From: Fonticula alba ATCC 38817
Taxonomy: Eukaryota; Protista; Nucleariida
Assembly: GCA_000388065.2 (NCBI GenBank)
Contig: KB932204.1
DNA length: 64,000 bases
Strand: one strand, 5' to 3'
Shown here: in pieces, positions 39,861-49,349 of the stretch
How positions within the stretch are numbered: position 1 is the first letter of the stretch
How the letters are laid out: the number at the start of each line of letters is the position of its first letter
The notes under the pieces: model-generated
Seen by the model: the letters and a program-made list of their open reading frames with translations, nothing else
What the model was told of the DNA's origin: nothing
The model's database searches: none
Program-made: the position numbers and the translations under genes

Positions 39861-41932
39861 TTACTTCTTCTGGGCATCGAGCTTCTGCATGAGCTCCAGC
39901 ATGGTGGAGCCAAGGCGAGCCGGGGAGTCGGCGACCACGACACCGGCGTTCTGGAGGGCGCGGATCTTGTCCTCGGCACCGCCCTTGCCACCGGCAATGA
40001 TAGCACCGGCATGACCCATGCGGCGGCCCGGGGGAGCAGTCCGGCCGGCGATGAAGGAAACAACGGGCTTGGGGTTGGGCAGGGAGAAGTTGAACTCGCG
40101 CAGGAAGTCAGCGGCCTCCTCCTCGGCGGAGCCACCGATCTCACCGATCATGATGATACCCTCGGTCTGGGGGTCGGCGAGGAAGAGCTTCAGGCAGTCG
40201 ATGAAGTTGGTGCCGTTGAAGGGGTCACCACCGATACCGACGCACAGGGTCTGGCCGAGGCCGGCGGCGGTGGTCTGAGCCACGGCCTCGTAGGTCAGGG
40301 TGCCGGAGCGAGAGACAATGGCAATGCGGCCGGGGGTGTGGATGTGGCCGGGCATGATACCGATCTTGCAGGCATCGGGGCGGATGACACCGGGGCAGTT
40401 GGGGCCAACCAGGCGAGACTTGTTCTGGGTAAGGAGGGCCTGCTTGACCTGTGGTGTCGGTACGCGCAAGCGAGGGGGACAGGGAGGAGAGGGGCAAGAG
40501 GGGAGAGCACGAGGGTGCGGGCCGGATGGAGGAGGGCGGGGAGCAGGGCATGGATTGGTCAGGGGATGGCAAACGGGTGGCGATAAGGGAGGCTTGGGGG
40601 AGGCAGGAGCCAGTCACGTACGCGGACCATATCCTGCTGGGGGATACCCTCGGTGATGCAGACAATCAGGGGGACCTCAGCCTCGACAGCCTCGAGAATG
40701 GCCTTGGCAGCGCCAGGGGGAGGGACGTAGATGACGGAGGCATCGGCGTTGGTGGCCTTGCGGGCCTCCTCGACGGTGGCGAAGACGGGAAGGCCGAGGT
40801 GCTCGGTGCCGGCCTTGGTGGGGGAGATACCACCGACCATCTTGGTGCCGTAGGCGATGGCCTGCTCGGTGTGGAAGGTACCCTGCTTACCGGTCATACC
40901 CTGGCAGATGACCTTGGTGTCCTTGGTAACATTGAGGTTGGCAATGGTGGCGTCGTAGGTGGCGGTGGAGAAGGCGCGAGTGGCTGTCGGGGGCGGGGGC
41001 GGGNNNNNNNNNNGCTTCCAGAGCCTTGACTGGGGGGCTAGAGATGACTCCGCGGCAGGTCTTTCCGTGCGATCCCTGTGCCAGGCACCAGGCGCTGTGG
41101 TGGGTGATCGGACATTGTGAAAAAAAACAACAAAAACGGCAAGCCGGCTGTCCCCCCGGGTTTCAACTCTGTCTCTGTGTGTGTGTGTGTGTGTGTATGT
41201 GCGTGGCGGGAGGTAGACCGGTAGGTAGGGGGGGGGGGGGGGGGGCCGGGGGGACAACATGAGCATTCGGGTCCACGCGAGCAGGGAGAAACAGCCAAAG
41301 TTCGATGGGCGCCGGCAAACGCACCAGGCTGCGCGCTGCCATCGGGCCCGATGCCGGCGCTGTCAGCCGACATATCCACACCGACAGCGATGATGCCAGA
41401 GCGCTGGATGATACACCCATCAAGACTGACGATCCGGTGCCGGGCGCCCGTTCGGGCCAGGTCAGCTCGCAGGCGTCGGGCCTCGGCCAGCGTGTCACAG
41501 AGGATGGTGTCCCCGCAGGCGAAGAGAACTGCCCGCTCGAGGCCGGGGTTCAACAACCGCGCCGAATCCGAGAGGCTGCATCGGAGCATCGGCCAGCCGG
41601 GTGTCAGAAGCTTCCGATAACTGTGGGGCCCAGGCAGTTGACCACAACAAGGGACACACGCCTCCGGCTTTTTTCCTTTCATTTGCCTGTCCCCCCCTCC
41701 CCCCCCCCCCACCCCCCGCCCGCGGCCCCGGGCACTTCGCACCTGTACACCTGATATGCCCAGCGGGCATTGCGGCCCCCGGCGCGGNNNNNNNNNNGGG
41801 GGGGAGGGGCGTGTAAGAGAGGGGCGGTGCCGAGACGGAGGACAGAGGGCATTGTGAAGGCTGGCATGGGCGGAGGGGGAGGGATGTACCAACGCGGGCG
41901 GTGCCGACGAGAGAGCGAGTAGCGAGCATCAT
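39861..41932 (-). CDS. SUCLG1: Succinyl-CoA ligase alpha subunit, mitochondrial; exons 41932-41890, 40983-~40622 and ~40449-39861
   Basis: [14 protein letters not shown]|ATRAFS...[67 protein letters not shown] (phospho-His). The exon 1 donor (phase 1) fits the acceptor at 40984. Confidence 0.96.
41014..41108. repeat. 95-bp dispersed repeat, copy 2, starting exactly at the end of a 10-N gap
   Basis: Identical by eye to 35984-36078. Confidence 0.93.
41300..41640 (-). pseudogene. SMC1-like hinge-domain fragment on a 774-bp gap-bounded piece inside SUCLG1 intron 1
   Basis: [28 protein letters not shown]...[18 protein letters not shown] resembles the SMC1 hinge (recalled: ALQYACGNALVCD..ARR...HKTVALDGT.FQKSG). 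No other SMC exons in the window. Either a misplaced contig or a degenerate copy. Confidence 0.6.
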
Positions 41933-42428
41933 GGTGGCGATTCGCACAAAGGGCAGTGCACGAGTGAGCTGCTCGAAGGCAGGGGCGGGGAGGCGGGGAG
42001 GCGGGGGGGAGAGTTGTGTGTCAGGGATCATGTGTGTGGAGCAGGAACGCGGAGAGGTAGGGACGGATGGGAGAGGGAAGGGGAGAAGGAGCGCCCAGCG
42101 CCATGGCCCGCGGGGTGTCATTGACGAATGCGGCAGCTTCGGGAATGTGTGTGGCTGGGTATCGGGCGGCCGGCGGGACTACTGAGAGGTTGCCCGCGTC
42201 CCTGTGTGATGGAGGGAAGGACGAAGGTGGATAGCGGGCCTGGGACCGGGCGGAGAGGCGATGCAGCCAGCGCGTCTGTATGGGGAGGGGGGAGGAGAGC
42301 ATGGGGTGGGGGCGGGCGGGAAAGAGCGAGGGGGAGAGAGAGGGAGAGGGAGAGAGAGGCAAGGGGCAAAGGAGAAGGAGGGGGGGGATGGGGAAGTACA
42401 TTGTCCAGAGGGGGATGATCCGGGCAAT

Positions 42429-43450
42429 ATGTCTCTAGCAAGACCATGGGGCGGAGGGGTCTGGGGCGGAGGCCTTTCGGTCCTCACTGTGGCCCCAATA
42501 CAGGCCCCAGAACAGGAACAGGACGCTCATGACCAGGCACAAGGGGGACATGCTGGCGTTCCGGCGCTCGGGGGCCGGTCCTTGCGCAGAGAGAACTTCT
42601 GTCTTACAAGTCCCCTCCCCCCCCCCCCCCCCCCCCTTCCGCCTCTGATTCTGTGTTCCTCTCGGCTTCCAAGCGCATTGCTACGGAGGACTGTCGTCCG
42701 ACGAGGCAGCGTATAACTTCTCGTCACCCCCAGACGCGATGGTTGTTTTCGGCCTCGAGCAGGACACCAGTTGGGGTCCAAGTGCCACCGCGCCGGCGCA
42801 TGCCTCTGACGGCCGTCGCCCCGGGAACATTGATGTGTTTCCGCCACCTCTCTCCGTCTTTCTAGCTGTCTGCGTTCGGCTCTGTGGTTGTCTTCCATGT
42901 TCACCCTCGCGCGTTGGTGTGGGCAGGCTCCTGTCGAGCAGTCTTCCGTGCAAGGATGGGGGGAGCTGGCCCAGGCCCCCGAACTGGGGAGGTGGTGAAC
43001 CCTCAGGACGCAGGGGCCCTGGAACTGCGGAAATGTTCTCCCCCCCCCCCCCACCTTGGTGGGTCTTTGCCACTAGCTAAGCGGCTGCCAGCGCGGCCCC
43101 CCCCCCCCCAGCCCCCCTGTGCGAGGTGCGTGTGCCCACGGGCCGAGAGAGAGAGGGTTTAGCATTGGGCCTCGTAGCCTCTGGAGGAGGAGGAGAAGGA
43201 GGAAGAGCATCGAGCAAGGAGCTGGCCCGGCGGTGCTGTGGGTTTACCAGGCGCCCGGTCCTTCCCCCTCCCCCTTGGTTCCTGGTCGAAGGCAGTCATC
43301 GACACAACGCCAGGCTCTGTCCAGTATTTTTTTTTTTGCTCCCCTGCTCTTCCTCCGGGCAAGGGCGGCGGTGGGATACATCGTAAATGGACGAAACGGC
43401 TGCATCACCAAGCCTGTTCACGCCCGTGGCACTTCTCAGGTGACATGAAA
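42429..43450 (+). CDS. Hypothetical multi-exon protein, divergent from SUCLG1
   Basis: Complex-sequence blocks separated by C-rich intron-like tracts can be joined in phase (…RENFCLT|THCYGGLSSDEAAYNFSSPPDAMVVFGLEQ…). No family recognised; exon structure and 3' end uncertain. Confidence 0.3.
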
Positions 43451-44405
43451 CAACATTCGAAATGACGTTGGGACGATCACGACCCCCAACAAACAATCGA
43501 GCCACGGTGCAATGTACTCCAATGCTCGGGAGAAACGCATCATTCGTTGGATTGTAGGGAGTTCATGCATGATTCCGTGAGGCATTTATCGTATTTTAAA
43601 CATCATTCCTCGGATGGGAAGTACGCGCGGAAAAGACGACAATCTTGAGGCCGCCGAATTCTGGCCGCCCGGAGAGACTCCGACACGGAGGAGGACATGC
43701 TCGTGCGCGAGGTTCCCCGATCAGCCCGTCACAGCCTGGCCCAGGATCAAAAGGGAGGCCCCCACATGTGAGCCCCCCCCTGCGAGCAAAGAGACCTTGC
43801 TGACTGCGTGTCGATGAGCATGCGGGAGCCTCGCTGAAGCACCACTGGTCTGGGCTGTGGGTGCCTGTTTTAAGTCTCCCTCCGGGGCCCCTTTGTTGTG
43901 CGAAGTGTTCTCTCTCTATTTCCTGCTTGCCTGCTGATTCGTCTCAGGCAGCAATCCCCTGATTTGGTACATCCACCCTTCGTGCCCAGAGTGTTCACCA
44001 GCCGGTGGCCGATTCATGGGACATGCCCCCGTCAAACAGTCGCCCCTCTGGCGAAAGACCGGAGCCGCGAGAACGCTGCTTGCAGGGCGCCCGCGAGAGC
44101 GTGATCTGCCACGCACATGCACCCAGTGCCAGTGGATATATTTGTATTCCATCAGTGCTGCCTTTCCGGTGGCACTCGGGACATGGGGTGCGGCTGCTGT
44201 TGGACGATCGGGCAGGGGGGAAGGGCCGGGCACGCCCCCTCGCCGCCCCCCGGGCCCCGCCACTCTCCGAGCCCGCGCACGCGCGCGCGCGCGCGCACGC
44301 GTCAAGACCCCATTTTTCCTGTGCCACTTGGGTCTGACACCGTTGACCACCCTAAGGTCGGAGTTGAGCAGGGGAGAGGAAGGGAGAAGACGGAGGAGGG
44401 AGAGA

Positions 44406-47400
44406 TTACTCCCAGGTGGGGGGAGGTTGCTGCGGCAGGGATGGCGGGGTGGAGCCCACACCCACCGGACTGCCGCCTGAGGAGAGGCGCGCCGACCCGG
44501 CCAAGGATGACAAGGACAACGGGCGGGGCGAGGAGGGAGATTCTGAAAGGTAGCGCGTGATGGACGGCTGCCGGAAGCGGCTCCCAGTCCCGGGAGAGGA
44601 GGGGGAGGCCTTTGCCAGGGGTCCAGACGGCGAGACACCGGGGCCCGTGGGGCTGGCTCCGAGCGAGCGTTTTGTCCGATGTGGAGAGGGTGTTGAGGTC
44701 GGCGATAGGGCAGTCATTCGGCGTCGCGGTGAGGTGCCAGTTCCGGCGCCCGGTGACCCACCCAGCAGGAATGAGGAAATGGAGGCCTGCTGCATGGCAG
44801 AGCCCGGGCTCAATGGCGACCCAGGCGCAGACGATGGCGTTCCGGCGGTGGCAGGAGAGGCCACAGAAGCGGCAGCGGTGCCAGTGGTACCAGTGGTACC
44901 AGTGGTGCCGGTGGTGCCGGTGGTGCTGGTGCCACCAGTTGTGGTAGCAGCGGCGGTGGCAGCGGCGGTGGTGCCGGCGCCAGCACCCGCACCAGTACTG
45001 GTGGCCACGGTCGTCGAAGACGCAGGCCCCTGATCAGGATCAGCCTCCGTGGGAGGACCGCCCGGCGAGGAAGTCACCGGCTGGTAGGGGTGCAACTCAT
45101 TGGCCATCCGGGCCGGTGTGGTTCGTACCCGCCGAGCAATGGCCTCCCGGCTGAGATTCAGGCCATGCCAGCCGCTAGCCATGGCATACCAGCTCACCTC
45201 CTTCGGGGTGGCTACCGGGAAGCGACGTTCGCGTTGGTACGGTCGCTGCCGATGATAGGGCACATGGATGATATCGCCCATGTCTTCATCGCCAGCGAAA
45301 CGACTGGCCGCGCTGTGAGAGATGCCCTGCCTGCCGGACCGTTGGCGTCCAGCCTCGGGAAAGACGGACAAAGCGTAAAGTAGATAGATGGGTAGTCCCT
45401 CGGGCGGGGTCTTGGGGAAAGGTGGCGAGCGCCGGGGACGCGTGAAGCCAAAGACCATCGGATTGCGCGTCCGGGCTGTGTGCTTCGGGGAACCTGACCC
45501 GAGTGCCGGATCCGATGCCTGCAATGGGCCAAGACCCGGACCTGGGGCGGGGGACAAGGCACGAGTGGAGCCCGGTTGCAGGGCCAACCGCTGGGCTTGC
45601 TTGGAGGCGGACGTCTTGGAAGACAGCGAAGATGCCGGAGGCCCCGCCGGTCGGAGGGCTGGTCTCGCCAGTGGGATCCTGGTGGCCGAGGCCCCTTTCG
45701 ATGCCGGGGGGACATTCGTCGGGGTCAGAGCCTGTGATGAGGGTCCCCGGTGGATGCGCGGGCGCTTTGCCGGCTGGAGGCCCGTGCCTGACAATGAGGA
45801 TCGACCATTGAGTGCCGGCTCGGCTGCCTGCTGCTTGGCGGAGCCTTGGGACGTTGGGGTAGAGATGGCGGTACCATCGGCAGGGAGGGAGCAAAGTCGG
45901 GGTCAGACAAGGGGAAGGTATGCACACAGCCGGCGGTGCTGTGGGGAGGCCAGGGAGGATGAAAGTCGCCCACCGGGTGGTGCTGAACACCATCAGGGGC
46001 CAAAGGGTGCAGCCGCCGGGAAGAGCCCCGGCAATCGGCCCCGGTCAGATCCTGACAGGAGGCCGCCCGAAGCAGGGGCGCCCAGCGTGGCAGAAACCCC
46101 AGCTAGCATGCGGTCGCGTGGCTACATGATGGCTTTAGCGCAAGGCTGGCGCACCTCCTCGGTGAGATTCGACCGCCAGCGGGGGGGCAGCCCGGGTCGT
46201 TGTTTGCTCAAGACCCACAAGCAGGTGTTCCAAGCGGTGCCGGCCGCGAGTCGAGGCCGAGGCGCGGCTGAAGGTCGACAGCAGTCCCGGTGGGCGAGCC
46301 CCTGGCGGTAGTGATGACAGATGATCTGTCACCTTGTTGGTTGACGAAGCGAGCGGCGGATTGTTGATGGGCGACACGAGGATCGCCGGCAGTCGCAGGG
46401 GCAACGGTCTTGCCGGATTGGAGGGGGTCCAGGTGCTGGTGGCGGAGGGTGGCGCGGTGGCTGCGGCCGTGGGTGTCGTCGCGGACGTTGCTGCGCGAAA
46501 AGATCTGAGGTATGGAGAAAAAAGGAAGCTGGAATCCAGCTCCTCGGGAGGAACAAGCAGGGGAGCGGTCGACGCCAAGGAGGATGCCGAGGATGTGGGC
46601 GACGGTGTCGCAGGTGTGACCTGCGGGCAGCCCACTTCAGCCGGGAGCATATAGCAGGGGAAGGCCGCCGACAGGGCATCATTGTTGGCCGATCCGCCGG
46701 ACCCCTCGGAAGCCGGCTCCTCCGCAGTCAGAGCGGCCAGCGAAGCCGAGGAGGCCGATCGCCGGCCGGGGAGAAACCATTCATTGGCCAGGCGCTGGGC
46801 TTGGAGCTGCCTCTCCCGTTCTTTGACAACAAACATCTGATGCAGAGCTTGCTCGACTTCGAGGGCGGCTCGGCGCTTTTCCAGTCGCTCCGGCTTCCGA
46901 TGGATCAGGAGATAGGCATCATCGTCGGTGGCCGCGTCGCCGGAGGCGTCGGCCGCAGCCTCCGCCACCACAGCCTCCGAGGGCCAATACACACGAACCG
47001 GCGGGATCGGCACCGCCGGAGGGCTGGCCAGGGCCGAGTGACTCGCCGTCGCTGAGGGAGCCGGATGCGCCCCATTCGGCGGACGCTCAAGCAGCATGGT
47101 GACATGTCCCCCGAGATCGGCCACTTGGCGGAGGGTTTCCAGCTGACCGAAGGCCGTGATGTCATCGATGTCCTCGGGGACCGGGATGTCGGGGCCGGCG
47201 TCGGAGCTGGCCCATGCGTTGCAGAGCGTCCGCACGGCCGCATGGTCCAGGGGCCGAAGATCCGGCTGACTATCGAGGTCAGCATGCTCGGCTGACATCG
47301 AGAGAACGCGCATGCGCCGCAGGCTGCGGCTTGCTTGCTCACGCTCCGCGGGCGTCGACGAATGCCCGAAGGAAAGCCCGGACACCAGGGGATGCGCCCA

Positions 47401-47577
47401 GCAGGCATCTTCCGGCCGGTCCAGGACACAGGCCAGCTCGCGGGAGAAGCGTGCCAGCCGACAAGCCGGCGCCGAGGCGGCGGCTACTTGGCCCGGTCGC
47501 CCCGCCGTCGAGGAGGGCCGCCGGCGGAGACGTCGCGCAATGGGCGACCGATCGGTCGCCGGATCGGTGGACCCCAT
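44406..47577 (-). CDS. Sas4/PEHE-motif protein (putative MYST acetyltransferase complex subunit), 2 exons, low-complexity Ser/Pro/Thr-rich C-terminus
   Basis: DDDAYLLIHRKPERLEKRRAALEVEQALHQ (~46820-46935) resembles the Sas4 D..Y...HRR.ERQEK..R..E.E.A.H and MSL1/KANSL1 PEHE motifs. A GTGCG donor (~46155) and CCAAG acceptor (~45846) join the two long ORFs in phase. Confidence 0.6.
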
Positions 47578-49349
47578 GGCCGGTGGGCCGCGACGGCCCC
47601 GGGGCGGGGCGGAGTGCTCCGAGCTACGAAGCTACATCGCCGATGTGATTGAGGCGGGGTGGAGCGGGAGAGGGAGTACAGCCGACCCGGGGTGGAGCGG
47701 ATGGAGATTGGGAGGCCAAGGAGGAATGAGTCTCTGAAGGAGAGCATTGGGGGGGGGGGAGAGAGATGCGAAAAGCGGCAAATCCAGTCAACGGGGCGTG
47801 GAAGGCCGAGATGTCCGTGCGGCGTACCGACAAAGCAAGGAGATGTCGCTGCGCGTGGCCGGCGGTGTGCGGCCCCGGGAAGCGAACTAGACTGGGAGAA
47901 AATGGAGAGAAGGGAGGGGAGGGGGGGGGGGGGAGAGGGAGGAGGAAGAACAAGTGGGGAGGAGGGGGGGAGGGGGAGGGGAGAGTAATCAATCGATGGC
48001 GATCGACATCTCCTTGATGGTGTGGGCAAACACTGGAAGAGGCAGGAGGGGGCAAGGGAGGGAGGAGGCGGAGAAAGAGGAAGGAAAAGGGCGGTGTTGA
48101 GGCTACTCTGTGGCAAGACAAAGCACTGGGCCCTGGGTTGTCAACATGGGTCATGAAATAGACGAGTTTCGGGGAACTGTCCGGATGGCAGGGGGCCAGC
48201 GACCGGCAGCAGCTGGAGGAGCGAAGTCGAAAGGGATGAGCAGGAGGTATGCGAGGGGCGGAGGGAAGACCGCGGAGGAAAGGAAGAGGGGAAAAGTGGT
48301 GGAGGCGGAAAGAACGAGCGAGGCATCCTCGTTGGAGGGGTGATGCAACGCCAAGTGGGCTGATGCTGGAGGCGAGTGGGATGGTCCCCGTGGATGGCCC
48401 CTCCGACGGCCGCGGAAGACAGATCCCCGCACTGGCGGCTGTTGCTGACCGTTGCGGTTGCCGGGAACACCACCATTCCATGGATATACATTGGGCCATG
48501 GTTGGCCGCCCCGTGCCCCAGGCATCGGGGGGGGGGGGGGGGGGGGGCCGGGGGCACTCATTCAAACAGACGTGCGAAGAAAGAGCCAGGTAGAGGGGAA
48601 AAAAACAAACCGATGCAGGACGACGTCCGAATGTACGCCGTTCTCCCGGGACATCCTTGTCGGGCTCCGGGAGAAAACCATCCCCACTCGTCTGCTCGGG
48701 AACGACAGATGCAAACGCGAATGAAACAAAGAGCGCCGCGAGCAGAGCGACAGAGAGAGAGAGAGAGAGAAAGAAGAAGCACGGATCAACATGAGGTCGA
48801 GGTCCAGGCGAAGGAGGGAGGGGCGCATGTGCGTCCACCGCCAGAAGCACCGGTGCTGAGACCGAAAATAGCACACACACACACACACACACACACGCAA
48901 ACTTGCAAGCCCGCACACAATCACCGGCTCCTCCTCCCGTCGAGGGCGTCCCTGGGCGCGCGAAGGACATCCAACAGGGCCAATCGCCGCGAGGATCATT
49001 GGAAATGGACGGCTTTCACAGCGGACCTGCAGTGAACCACACTCCTGGTGCCGGGCCCCCGCGCCTTCATGCCTGTGAACGCTTGTCGCCGATGGTGAAC
49101 TCTTGGAATCTCCCCCCCACCTGCCACCGCCCCCGCCGCCACCGCCACCGCTATCCACGTACAGAGAACAAGAAAACGAGGGCAGGAAGAGCAGCCAGGC
49201 CTGGCTCCGAGGGCCAGGGCGAAAGACAACACACGGAACACCACGGTGCAAGGCACCGACGGGGAGGGGGGGGGGGGGACGCAGGTTGGCGAGCACAGCG
49301 AACTATCAGGCTCTGGCCCAATAGCTTATTCTATTTCTGGACATGTGGA

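Noticed and set aside
39693-41029. Long plus-strand ORFs opposite SUCLG1 (likewise opposite H1, RPS23, BTF3, TBC)
   Set aside because: Antisense shadows of GC3-biased coding sequence.
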